Source: Anaeromyxobacter sp.
GTDB taxonomy: Bacteria > Myxococcota > Myxococcia > Myxococcales > Anaeromyxobacteraceae
Length of the DNA stretch: 64,000 nt
Reading direction: 5' to 3'
NCBI GenBank assembly: GCA_049840735.1
Contig: JASGJN010000022.1
Location: 32,001-96,000 of the forward strand
The position numbers and the translations under genes were made by a program. The stretch's first letter is position 1, and every line of letters begins with the position of its first letter. The notes beneath the pieces are model-generated. The model was not told the origin of the DNA. It worked only from the letters and a program-made list of their open reading frames with translations, and did not search any database. Positions 1-9,219 of this stretch are shown here, in pieces.

Positions 1-1836
1 GGGCTCGGGCTCGCCGCGCAGCGCGCGCATGATGCGCCCCACCTGCGCGGCCATCCGGACCTGCCCGTCCGGCAGCGGCTTGTCGTCCGGGTCGGTGACG
101 CTGGTCGAGCCGATGCCCGCGTACATCATCACCTTGAGGTCCTTGCCGATCACCGCGTACTGCGGCTCCCAGCCGACCGTCGCCACCACGAAGCGGTCCG
201 CGGGCGCCGTGAAGGCCACCCGCCCGTCGGAGTAGAGCGAGGGCGGGTGCGTGTCGCCCAGCAGCCCCAGCAGCGTGGGGGCGATGTCCACGTGGCTGGT
301 GGGGGCGTCGTACACGCCCTTGGGCACACCCGGGCCGAAGATGGCCAGCGGCACGTGGATCTGCTCGTCGGTGACGGCCGAGCCGTGGGCGATGTGCCCC
401 TTCTGCCGGAACTCCTCGCCGTGGTCGCCGGTGAAGATCACCAGCGGCTCGCGGCCGCCGCGCGCCGCCTGGAAGCCCTGCAGGAAGCCCTCGATGACGC
501 GGTCCTCGGTGCGGCCGGCGTTGCGGGCGCGGTTCTTGATGATCCAGCCCGGCGCGGTGGTGGCCTTGATGCCGCCGGAGCCGTCCCAGTCCGGCGTGAA
601 GGCCTTGTCCTGCGCCTCGTAGGGATACGGGAAGTGGGTCCCGACGAAGAAGAGGAAGACGAAGAGCGGCTGATCGGGCGGGGTCTGCCGCGCCAGCTCC
701 TCGGCGCGCGCCACCATCAGGCGATCGCGGGTCAGGCCGTCCTGATCGCACCAGGTCTCGAGCGCGTCGGAGACGCCGCCGAAGACGGTTTCCTTGAGGT
801 TCATCCAGTCCACGCAGGAGGCGGCCAGCGCGTGGACCGAGTAGCCGTTGGCGCGGAAGGCCGGGAAGACCACGGGCCGGCGGCCGGCGCCCACGGTGGC
901 CTCCAGCTTCTGCGCCTGCAGGCCGTAGAAGAGGGAGAAGATCGCGAAGTGCGTGGCGCTGGCGGTGGAGTAGTGGCGCAGGAAGCGGGAGCCCTGCTCC
1001 GACCGGCGCCACAGGTTGGGGAAGGTCTTCTCGTCGAGGTGGTCGTGCGGGAGGCTCTCGGCCACCACGAAGAGCACGTCCGGCTTGCGCGTGAACTTCA
1101 CCTCGGCCGGATCGACGCCGGCCGGGAGCCGGTGCTCGTCGGCGCCGGCGAAGGTGTCGCGCGGCTCTCCGCCGAAGACCTTCCGCGCCAGCGTCTGGGC
1201 GCGGATGGGGGGCTGCAGCGGGAGGACGCCGCTGGCGGCGAAGAAGGCCGGGCCGCCGAAGTGCTCCAGCGCCTGCCCGTAGAGCCGCTCCGCCAGGGAC
1301 AGCGCCAGGATGGCCGTGGCCAGCACCCAGGTGCGGCGCGGGGAGGCGAAGCGGGTGAGGAAGCGCACGCCGGCCCAGACGTCCAGCGCCAGCACGCCAA
1401 GGATCAGCACCACGATGCCGCCCACCGTCCACCAGGACAGGGCCAGCTCGGAGAAGGCGGTGGGCTGGAACAGGATGCTGAAGAAGAAGCCGTTCAGGTG
1501 GAAGCCGAAGACCCGGTAGATCTGGCTGTCCACCACCAGCCCGGCGGCGAACAGCGCCACCACCAGCGGCGCGGCCACCCGGTAGACCCGGGGCCAGCGC
1601 GAGAGCGGCAGGGCCGGCAGCCAGCCGATGAAGCCGAGCAGCAGCGCCTGCGGCAGGAAGATGGGCCAGAGCGCGGCCCGGTAGCTCGGGTGCGCTGCCC
1701 CCACCGCGCTCACCACGGAGGTGGCGTAGAGCGCGACCAGGAACGGGACGTGGATCAGCGACCAGAGCAGCGCGGGGAAGCGGAGCCTGGGCTGGCGAGG
1801 GGTCCCGGGCACCCGGGTCTGCGATTCGGCCGGCAT
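1..1836 (-). CDS. Membrane-anchored sulfatase/LTA-synthase-like hydrolase (YejM/PbgA-like), 3' end runs off the window
   Basis: Not in the ORF track because no stop falls in the window. Manual translation from ATG 1836 gives several hydrophobic helices, then in-frame motifs DVLFVVAESLPHD, HYSTASATHFAIFSLFYGL, GTHFPY and TGDHGEEF. Confidence 0.8.
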   Translation of the reverse strand, partial: MPAESQTRVPGTPRQPRLRFPALLWSLIHVPFLVALYATSVVSAVGAAHPSYRAALWPIFLPQALLLGFIGWLPALPLSRWPRVYRVAAPLVVALFAAGLVVDSQIYRVFGFHLNGFFFSILFQPTAFSELALSWWTVGGIVVLILGVLALDVWAGVRFLTRFASPRRTWVLATAILALSLAERLYGQALEHFGGPAFFAASGVLPLQPPIRAQTLARKVFGGEPRDTFAGADEHRLPAGVDPAEVKFTRKPDVLFVVAESLPHDHLDEKTFPNLWRRSEQGSRFLRHYSTASATHFAIFSLFYGLQAQKLEATVGAGRRPVVFPAFRANGYSVHALAASCVDWMNLKETVFGGVSDALETWCDQDGLTRDRLMVARAEELARQTPPDQPLFVFLFFVGTHFPYPYEAQDKAFTPDWDGSGGIKATTAPGWIIKNRARNAGRTEDRVIEGFLQGFQAARGGREPLVIFTGDHGEEFRQKGHIAHGSAVTDEQIHVPLAIFGPGVPKGVYDAPTSHVDIAPTLLGLLGDTHPPSLYSDGRVAFTAPADRFVVATVGWEPQYAVIGKDLKVMMYAGIGSTSVTDPDDKPLPDGQVRMAAQVGRIMRALRGEPEP

Positions 1837-2068
1837 TGGGGGGCGGAACGTAGCATCGGCCCCCCGGGATCGCCATCCCACCCTGGTGCCAGGGTGGCCC
1901 GAGGTAGGCAGCGCCTGCGCTGATCGGGCCTGGTCGGCCGCCCGACCCGGCGGTTCGGCCGAACCCGCCGCCCAGCGCGCACTGGCTCCGCATCATCACG
2001 GCCCTTTTCCGACCGGCGGTCTTCGGCCCCGACCTTGCAACGTCCACCCGCGAGGAGAGACGCACCGC

Positions 2069-2296
2069 ATGCCTTCCTGCCCGGAGCTCGAGCGCTGTGT
2101 CCTGCACCGGAGCATCGGCATGCAGGCCGCGCTGCGCGTCTGGCAGAGCTTCTACTGCGAGGGCTGCTACTCGCGCTGCGAGCGATACAAGCTGGCCAGC
2201 GCCAACCTGGCCGTGCCGGTGCGGCTGCTCCCCAACGGCCGGCTGCTGGATGGCCCCGAGGCCAAGCTGGTGCCACCCGAGGTCAAGGTGGCCTAG
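2069..2296 (+). CDS. Small Cys-rich hypothetical protein (75 aa)
   Basis: RBS GAGGAG at about 2052 and ATG 2069. MPSCPELERC...FYCEGCYSRCERY...VPVRLLPNG with strong GC3 codon bias. Confidence 0.7.
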   Translation: MPSCPELERCVLHRSIGMQAALRVWQSFYCEGCYSRCERYKLASANLAVPVRLLPNGRLLDGPEAKLVPPEVKVA

Positions 2297-2539
2297 GGCT
2301 TGGGCTCCGGGCCGGCCCTTTCCTTCTCCTTCTCCTCCTGCTCGCGCTTGCGCCGCAGCCGCGCGCGCTCCAGCCAGCCCAGCGCCGCGGCCAGGAAGAT
2401 GAAGCTGGAGATTCTGCTGCCCGGTTCCCGGGTCGAGCTTCAGCCCGAAGACCATGGGGACGAGCCCCATCAGCATCAGGGCCACGCCGCAGCCCAGCAC
2501 GAAGATGAGCAGGTGCTTCTCGGTCAGCTGGAGCTTCAC
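2293..2539 (-). CDS. Small two-TM membrane protein with charged C-tail (one +1 frameshift near 2420)
   Basis: GTG-KLQLTEKHLLIFVLGCGVALMLMGLVPMVFGLKLDPGT / GSRISSFIFLAAALGWLERARLRRKREQEEKEKE...TAG. Length 247 nt = 3n+1. Confidence 0.55.
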
Positions 2540-2864
2540 GTGGCCTCGCGCGCGTGAGGGGACCGCGGCAGTGTAGCGCGGGCGGGGGTCGGGGGAGGGG
2601 GCGGTGGGGGAGGCGGCCAGGAATAACCGACCCGGGGCGGAACGGCCGCGTGGAGGGCGACAGCGCGCTCCGCCCCGGATCTCCTGGCGTCGCGGGCCCG
2701 CTCTCTCCTTCGGGCCGGTGCGACGAGGCAGCCTGGTTCTCCCACGCTGGGCTTCCCAGACTGTTCGCCCTGTGTGACGGAAGGTTCGCCGGCCAGGTTC
2801 CTTCCGGAACAAACCGCAACCGGCGCGCCATCCGCGCGCGAAGCGCGCAGGGCAGGGTGGCCCC

Positions 2865-3741
2865 ATGTCCATCCCACGCACGCCCGCGCTCCTCTGTGCA
2901 GGCGCCCTCGCGCTGACGCCGCTCGCCGCCCGCGCCAGCAGCCTCACCGTCGATGACGCGCTCTACTCGCAGGCCGACTGCCTGGACGCCGGCGACCAGG
3001 AGCTCACCTTCAGCTGGGATCTCTCCGACGCCTCCGGCTCCTCGATCGAGATCCTCGGCTCGGACACCTCCGGCTGCACCGAGGACGACGACGAGGTCAC
3101 CACGCTGCTGGTGGACGGGATCTCCACCTCGCAGACCTCCTACCCCGCGAGCGGCGACTCGGCCCTGACGCTGAACGACCTGCTCGACGCGGCCGGCGCC
3201 TCGGCCAGCTGCGAGGGGACCGACTACCGCGTCTACCTCTGCGTGCGGCTGCTCGATTCGTCCGGCAGCGAGGTCGCCACCGCCACCGCGTCCGTCAAGC
3301 TGCAGCTGCAGCACCCGCCGCCGCCGGAGGACGTCACGGTCCAGCCCGGGGAGCACGCGCTGCACGTCTCCTGGTCGGCTGGCACCGCGGTGAGCGGCGC
3401 GCGCGCCTCCTCGGAGAGCTACCAGGTGACCTGCACCGCCGGCGACCAGGTGGTGACCTCGGCCGAGACCACCGCCACCTCGATCCGCGTGGGCGGCCTG
3501 CAGAACGGCACCACCTACGACGTGCTGGTCTACGCGCTCAGCGAGGCCGGCAACTACAGCGATCCCCTCCGAGCTGAACGCCGGCACCCCGCAGCCGGTG
3601 AGCGACTTCTGGGAGACCTACCAGTCCGAGGGCGGCCGCGAGCAGGGCGGCTGCAGCTCGGCCGGCGGCGCCGGCGCGCTTGCGGCGCTCGTGGGCGTGG
3701 CGCTCGCGGTGCGCCCGTGGCGGCGCGGGAGGCGGGCGTGA
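2865..3741 (+). CDS. Fibronectin-III domain surface protein with MYXO-CTERM tail (MXAN_2561-like), +1 frameshift at about 3565
   Basis: Signal peptide and FN3-like region (PPPPEDVTVQPGEHALHVSW...GLQNGTTYDVLVYA). Removing one C from GATCCCCTCC gives ...DFWETYQSEGGREQGGCSSAGGAGALAALVGVALAVRPWRRGRRA*, i.e. GGC + TM + Arg-rich tail. Confidence 0.75.
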
Positions 3742-4754
3742 GCGGCGCGACGACCGCAGGTGCTGGTCGGGCCAGGCGGACCAGCGGCGCCCTTCGACTC
3801 CGCCGCAGCTTCGCTGCGGCTACGCTCAGGGCGAACGGTCTTTCCACCATCGGTCCGGCCGATGCCAGGACCGACGGTCCGTCCAGCACCGCACGGGCGA
3901 ATGCCAGGACCGACGGTCATCTCGGCCCCGTTCGGGCTGAGCGTAGCGAGCCCGTAGGGCTCGCGGAGTCGAAGCCCAGGCTTGGAACGGCGTCGTGGCG
4001 GCTGAATGTCGCCGTGACGTGCTGCAGCCTGGCGCTGCTCCTGGCCGCGCCCGCGGCGCGCGCGGACGACCTGGGCTGGCCGGAGCTTGGGAGACCGGGC
4101 AGCAGCTCGGACAACGGCTCGGGCGACAGCAAGGGCACCTTCGGCCTCTGGATGCAGTCCTACCGGCCCGGCATCGACGAGGAGTTCGGCGGCGACGGCG
4201 CCTACGGCGCCATCTTCGGCGACTCGCGCGGCTGGATGTTCCGCGGCGCGGCCGCGCGGACCGTCTTCGATCGCTGGGGCGCGGTGGACGTGGGCCTGGG
4301 CGCGGGCTGGTTCCAGACCACCGGCCATGGGCTCACCCAGGACGCCTCCACCGGCGAGTGGGTGGAGAGCGCCGACCAGACCCGCCTGCGGGTGGTGCCG
4401 CTCACCGCCTTCCTGGCCTACCGGCTCGACGTGGTGCACCGGCGGGCCGGCTGGCCCTTCGAGCCGTACGCGCGGGTGGCGCTGGAGCGTTACCTCTGGT
4501 GGACCGACGCCGAGGGCGGCTCCAGCCACAGCGGCGCCACCGACGGCTGGTCCTTCACGCTGGGCACGGCCATCCTGCTGGACGGCCTGGACCGCGACGG
4601 CCAGCGCGCGCTGGCAAGGGAGGTCGGCCTGCAGCACACCGCCCTCACCATCGAGGTCGGGCGCGCCTTCGTGAACGACTTCGGCTCATCCAGGAGCTGG
4701 ACGCTCTCGGATCCGGGCTGGAGCGTGGGCATCGGGCTGCAGCTCGGGTTCTAG
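3738..4754 (+). CDS. Outer-membrane beta-barrel protein (MXAN_2562-like); start either GTG 3738 or GTG about 4014
   Basis: Signal-like CSLALLLAAPAARA, YRPGIDEEF motif, alternating amphipathic strands and terminal ...GLQLGF. Directly follows the MYXO-CTERM gene. Confidence 0.7.
   Translation: MSGATTAGAGRARRTSGALRLRRSFAAATLRANGLSTIGPADARTDGPSSTARANARTDGHLGPVRAERSEPVGLAESKPRLGTASWRLNVAVTCCSLALLLAAPAARADDLGWPELGRPGSSSDNGSGDSKGTFGLWMQSYRPGIDEEFGGDGAYGAIFGDSRGWMFRGAAARTVFDRWGAVDVGLGAGWFQTTGHGLTQDASTGEWVESADQTRLRVVPLTAFLAYRLDVVHRRAGWPFEPYARVALERYLWWTDAEGGSSHSGATDGWSFTLGTAILLDGLDRDGQRALAREVGLQHTALTIEVGRAFVNDFGSSRSWTLSDPGWSVGIGLQLGF
3789..3980. repeat. Inverted pair of REP-like palindromic elements (3789-3838 forward, 3928-3980 reverse) with an 18-bp direct repeat between them
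   Basis: GCCCTTCGACTCCG-hairpin-CTACGCTCAGGGCGAACGG plus a reverse copy. ATGCCAGGACCGACGGTC occurs at 3862 and 3901. Confidence 0.9.
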
Positions 4755-4978
4755 GGGCCGCGGATCCGCGCCAGCACCGCGCGCCCGGTGGAGCTGAGCC
4801 CTTCCGGATCCAGCGCGGCCTCCAGCCGCCGGCTGAGCCGCGCGACGTCGAAGGCCTCGCGCCGGCCGGCCTCGTCCAGATCGTGCCAGGCCGGGTGGGA
4901 CCCGACGCCGCCGCCGGGGCGGCGCGGGCGCCAGGCCGAGGCGGCCTTCTCCACCAGCAGCGCGCGGTCGTCGCTCAT
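4751..4978 (-). CDS. Small soluble hypothetical protein (75 aa) coupled to the ECF sigma gene
   Basis: ATGA overlap with the sigma stop at 4975-4978; good codon bias. Confidence 0.7.
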   Translation of the reverse strand: MSDDRALLVEKAASAWRPRRPGGGVGSHPAWHDLDEAGRREAFDVARLSRRLEAALDPEGLSSTGRAVLARIRGP

Positions 4979-5529
4979 GGCGCGGCCTCCAGCTCCACGC
5001 CCTTCGTCCCCAGGCAGCGGGCCAGGAGCTTCCGGGCGCGGGTCACGTTCTGCAGGAAGGTGTTGAGCGACATCCGGACCTGGCCCGCCAGCGCGCCGTC
5101 CTCGCGCCCGCCCTGCGCCTGCAGCCGGGCCAGGAAGGCCTTGCGCGGCTGCGGGGGGAGCTGCTCCAGGCAGAGCCGGACCAGCCGCCGGAGCAGCGGG
5201 TCCGGCTCGGGCGGCTCGACCGCCGGCTCGGGCGGCTCACCGTCGCCGGCGTCCGCCGGCCCTGGCCGGCGCAGCTCGCTCAGGGCCAGGTTGCGGGCGA
5301 TGGTGTGGGCCAGCCGGAGCAGCGCGTTGGGCCGTCCGTCGGGCGTGCAGCGCCCGGCCACCTGCCAGACCCGCAGCAGCGCCTCCTGCAGCACCTGCTC
5401 GGTGTCCACGGCGCCGGCGAAGCGCCGGAGCGCGTCGCGCAGCGCCGGCTCGGCGCCGGCGACCCAGGCCGCGAAGGCGTCCGGGTCACCGGCGGCGATC
5501 TGCGCGAGGTGGCGGTCGAGGTCGAGCAC
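4975..5529 (-). CDS. ECF-type RNA polymerase sigma factor
   Basis: Region-2-like DTEQVLQEALLRVW...IARNLALSELRR and region-4-like LEQLPPQPRKAF...NVTRARKLL. Confidence 0.8.
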   Translation of the reverse strand: MLDLDRHLAQIAAGDPDAFAAWVAGAEPALRDALRRFAGAVDTEQVLQEALLRVWQVAGRCTPDGRPNALLRLAHTIARNLALSELRRPGPADAGDGEPPEPAVEPPEPDPLLRRLVRLCLEQLPPQPRKAFLARLQAQGGREDGALAGQVRMSLNTFLQNVTRARKLLARCLGTKGVELEAAP

Positions 5530-5539
5530 GGGGCTGAGG

Positions 5540-7909
5540 TTACCGCGGCTGCGCCACGGTCAGGCGCAGCCCGTCGTCCAGCACCACCTCGACCAGCGCC
5601 TCGCCCAGCGGGCCGCGGTCGTGCGTGAGCGCCAGGCGGAGCGTCACGCCGGCGGCCAGCTCGCCCCTGGCCGTGGTGCGGGCCGGGTCCACCCGGGCGG
5701 TGAGCCGCGTGCCGTCGCGCAGCACCAGCACCACCTCCTCCGGCCGCTCCCAGTCGAGCGGCGCGTCGAGGTCGAGCTCCAGCACCAGCTTGCCATCCCG
5801 GTCGAGGGTGACGCGGGCGTGGCGGGGGCCGGGCTCCGCCTGGCCCTCCTCCTCGAGCTCGATCTCCCGGCGCACCTCATCCGGCGGACGTGCGTCCGCC
5901 GCGGCCGTGCGCCGCTCCACGCGCTTGGCCTTCGCCGGCGAGGGCGCCGGCGGGCCTCCGGCCACGGGCCCCTGGTACAGGGTGATCGTCGCGACGGCCG
6001 GCGCCGCCTGCACCCCGAGGTCGTGCGCCATCATCGGCGCCTTCTCGCAGAGGATCAGCGGCGGGCCCCCGCTCGCCGCCCGCAGCCCCAGCCCCTCCAC
6101 CGACATCCCGTGCGGCAGCTGCTGCGGCTGGCGCACGCGGCGGGTGGGCGCGGTCGGATCGACCGTCGCCTCCTCCGTCACCGCGATCCAGGAGGTGAGC
6201 CGGGTGGAGAGCTGGTGCGCCAGCCCCAGCCGCTCCACCGCCGCGTCGATCTCCGCCTGGCCCTGCCCGGCCGCCAGCGCGACTTCCAGATCTTCCACCG
6301 CCTCGCGCCCGAACAGCGCCGCCAGCGCCGGTTGGCCGGTCCCACCCGCCACCGGCGGGACGTGCAGCACGCGCTCGAAGGCGCCGCCGGGCAGCCGGCC
6401 GGTGACGCGCAGCGTGCCGCCTTCCGGCCGCAGCCGGACCGGCAGCAGCGCCGGGGCGCCGCCGAACAGGTCCGGCAGCCGGGCCGGCGCATGCTCCACC
6501 ACCGCGTCACCGACCACCGCGAGCCCGGTCAGCAGCGGCGCCGCGGTGCGCGAGACGAGCAGGTGGATGGCCCGCTCCACGTCCTCGCCCAGCCCCACGA
6601 TCGACTCCGTGCCGCGCCCGGCGCGGGCGGCGGGGCCGAGCAGCGAGCGGTTGACCGACGAGCCCACGCCCAGCGTGTGCAGCCGCGAGCCGGCCGGCAG
6701 GTGCGCCGAGAGCTCGGCCACGATCTCCTGCTCGAAGCCGATGTGACCGTCGGTGACCAGCACGAGCTGCCGCTGCGCGTCCGGCCGGAGGCCGGCCAGC
6801 GCCTCGCGCAACGCCTCGTGCATCTCGGTCGAGCCGCTGGCCCGCAGCTTCGCCAGCCAGGCCAGCGCCGACTTGCGCTCCGCGGCCGAGGCGCTGACCG
6901 GCTTGCGCCGCCAGCGGCGGGGCGCGTCGGAGAACTCGATCAGCTCCAGCGTGTCGGCCGCTTCCAGCGTCTCCACCAGCGCCGAGACCACCCGCACTGC
7001 CTGCGCCAGCGGCTCACCGCTCATGGAGCCGCTGGTGTCGAGCAGCACCACCAGGTCACGGCCGAAGCGGGCCTTCGCCGCGCCCCGGGCCGGGGGGACC
7101 AGCGTGAGCAGGCCGAACGCGTCGGCGGCCAGCGGCCCCGCGGCTGCGCGGAAGGTGTCGAGCGAGAGCCCCACCTCTGGCGCGGCCACCGGCCAGCGGA
7201 CCACCAGGTCACGGTCGAGCGGCGCCGGCCCGTCGGCCAGCGTCACCTCCAGCGCGCCGGCAGCGCTCCGGGTCTGCAGCGGGTGCGAGGGGGACTCCGG
7301 CGCCCCGTCCGCCGCCACCGCGTCCTCGATGTGCAGCGACAGCGCCAGCCGGACCGGCAGCGGGCCGTCGGCCACGTCCACCGTCACCCGGGCCGCGTCG
7401 GTCACCCGCCCGGCCTGGCCCTGGTGACGGGGCGCCAGCGCCGACGGGAAGCGCCACTCCCAGCTCCCGTCCGGGCGCCAGGAGAGCCGCTGGTCCACCG
7501 TCAGCTCCGCCACCACCTCGGCGCCGGGCGGCACGTTGCCCAGCGACTGGGTGAAGACGCTGCCGCGCTCCTGGTCCAGCAGCGCGGCGGTGCGGCCGGA
7601 GGCGAGGGCCTCCTCGAACCGCTCGCGGGCCGCGGCGCGGCGGTCGACCTCGCCCACCACCCGCCGGTCACCAATGGTGAACGCGAACCCGCTCACCGCC
7701 CCGTCGTGCGGCAGCGGGAACAGGTACTGGACCTGGAGCGGCTCGGGGAACGGGTTGTGGAAGCGCTGCGCGAGCACCGTCCGCGCCAGCCCGCCCTTCG
7801 CGCTGCTGGTGAGCGTGACCCCGCGGAGCGGCAGCGCCCGCCCGTCCGCCGTCACCAGCCGCCCGCCGCTGCTCGCCGTGTCCATCCGCATCGCCCTGGC
7901 TGTCATCAT
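5540..7909 (-). CDS. VIT + vWA domain protein, no signal peptide
   Basis: RBS GGAGG, then MMTARAM. VIT motifs (QRFHNPFPEPLQVQYLFPLPHDGAV, FTQSLGNVPPG) and MIDAS LLDTSGSM...VTDG...GVG. Confidence 0.9.
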   Translation of the reverse strand: MMTARAMRMDTASSGGRLVTADGRALPLRGVTLTSSAKGGLARTVLAQRFHNPFPEPLQVQYLFPLPHDGAVSGFAFTIGDRRVVGEVDRRAAARERFEEALASGRTAALLDQERGSVFTQSLGNVPPGAEVVAELTVDQRLSWRPDGSWEWRFPSALAPRHQGQAGRVTDAARVTVDVADGPLPVRLALSLHIEDAVAADGAPESPSHPLQTRSAAGALEVTLADGPAPLDRDLVVRWPVAAPEVGLSLDTFRAAAGPLAADAFGLLTLVPPARGAAKARFGRDLVVLLDTSGSMSGEPLAQAVRVVSALVETLEAADTLELIEFSDAPRRWRRKPVSASAAERKSALAWLAKLRASGSTEMHEALREALAGLRPDAQRQLVLVTDGHIGFEQEIVAELSAHLPAGSRLHTLGVGSSVNRSLLGPAARAGRGTESIVGLGEDVERAIHLLVSRTAAPLLTGLAVVGDAVVEHAPARLPDLFGGAPALLPVRLRPEGGTLRVTGRLPGGAFERVLHVPPVAGGTGQPALAALFGREAVEDLEVALAAGQGQAEIDAAVERLGLAHQLSTRLTSWIAVTEEATVDPTAPTRRVRQPQQLPHGMSVEGLGLRAASGGPPLILCEKAPMMAHDLGVQAAPAVATITLYQGPVAGGPPAPSPAKAKRVERRTAAADARPPDEVRREIELEEEGQAEPGPRHARVTLDRDGKLVLELDLDAPLDWERPEEVVLVLRDGTRLTARVDPARTTARGELAAGVTLRLALTHDRGPLGEALVEVVLDDGLRLTVAQPR

Positions 7910-7947
7910 AGGTCGCCTCCCGTGGTGGTCGTACCGCTCGAACGGAC

Positions 7948-7974
7948 AACGCGACGGGGCCGGCGCCGGTGACA
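7948..7974 (-). promoter_or_regulatory. Putative ECF-sigma promoter TGTCACC-N16-CGTT
   Basis: On the minus strand about 40 nt upstream of the VIT-vWA/ECF operon; spacing is typical of ECF promoters. Confidence 0.4.
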
Positions 7975-8026
7975 GCGCCCGCGTCGATTCCTTGCAAGCG
8001 CCCGGAACGCGGGCGACATTCCTGCC

Positions 8027-8990
8027 ATGCCGCGCCTCTCCGCCGCCGGTCTGTCCCTGCTCCTCCTCGCCGCCTGCAAGGTGGCCCCGACCCCGCCGCG
8101 CGCGCCGGCGCTGGCCGCCTGCTCCACCGTGCGCGTGGACCCTGCGGCGCTGGAGGCCGACGTGCGGACGCTCTCGCTGGGCTACCTGCCGCGCGACTTC
8201 GAGCACCCGGAGAACCTGGACCGCGCCGCGGCGTGGCTGCAGGAGCGGCTGCGGGCGGCCGGGGTGAGGGACGTCTCGGAGCAGCCGTTCCAGGTGGAAG
8301 GCCGGACCTACCGGAACGTGATCGCGCGGCTGGGCCCGGACACGCCGGAGCGGATCGTAGTCGGCGCCCACTACGACGCGGCGGGCGAGCTGCCCGGCGC
8401 CGACGACAACGCCAGCGGCGTGGCCGGGGTGCTGGCGCTGGCGCAGGCGCTGGCGGCCCACCCGCCGCCGCTGCGGGTGGAGCTGGCCCTCTACACGCTG
8501 GAGGAGCCGCCCGCCTTCGCCACCTCGATGATCGGGCTCGGTGACGCACGCGCGCTCGCTCCGCGAGGCCGACGCGCAGGTCCGGCTGATGATCTCGGTG
8601 GAGATGATCGGCACCTTCGACGACGCCCACGGCAGCCAGACCTTCCCGGTGGCCACCAAGACGCTCATCTACCCCGACACCGGGAACTTCATCGCCGTGG
8701 TCGGGCGCGACGCCGGGCTGGTGGCCCAGGTGGCGGGCGGGATGAAGGCGGCCTCCGGGGTGCCGGTGGAGACGCTCTCCGCCCCGGCCGGCGTGCCCGG
8801 CACCGACCTCTCGGATCACCGCAGCTTCTGGGCGGTGGGCTACCCGGCGGTGATGGTCACCGACACCGCGTTCTACCGGAACCCGCGCTACCACACCTCG
8901 CGCGACCGCCCGGAGCGGCTCGACTACAGGCGCATGGCCGAGGTGGTGGAGGGGATCGCCTGCGCGGTGCAGGCGGTGGCGGGGCGGTGA
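8027..8990 (+). CDS. M28 family peptidase lipoprotein, +1 frameshift at about 8535
   Basis: Lipobox LAAC, GAHYD, PGADDNASGVA and LEEPP. The second frame carries SDHRSFW and NPRYHT. Confidence 0.85.
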
Positions 8991-9025
8991 GGGGCCCGGA
9001 CCGCGTTCTGGGAGGGCTCGCGGTC

Positions 9026-9216
9026 CCTGGCCTTCGACTCCGCCGCCGCGAGGCGGCGGCTACGCTCAGGCCGAACGGTGGGTGTGACCAGCGGGGCAGA
9101 AGCGGGACCCACGCCGCCGCTTGACCGACAAGACGGCATCTCAGGGCGAACGGACTATCGAGGCCGTTCGGGCTGAGCGTAGCGAGCCCGCAGGGCTCGC
9201 GAAGTCGAAGCCCAGG
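9026..9216. repeat. Inverted REP-like pair (9026-9078, 9164-9216) between convergent genes
   Basis: Same TTCGACTYCG...CTACGCTCAG...GAACGG motif in both orientations. Confidence 0.9.
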
Positions 9217-9219
9217 TGC

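Noticed and set aside
2865..4754. Single 629-aa FN3-barrel fusion
   Set aside because: Frameshift artefact joining two genes.
3995..7972. Very long alternate-frame ORFs (for example 3995-7972, 26464-30078, 39601-43251, 40997-44827, 57320-60355)
   Set aside because: Shadow ORFs expected at this GC content: Arg/Gly/Ala-rich, no motifs, and overlapping well-supported genes.
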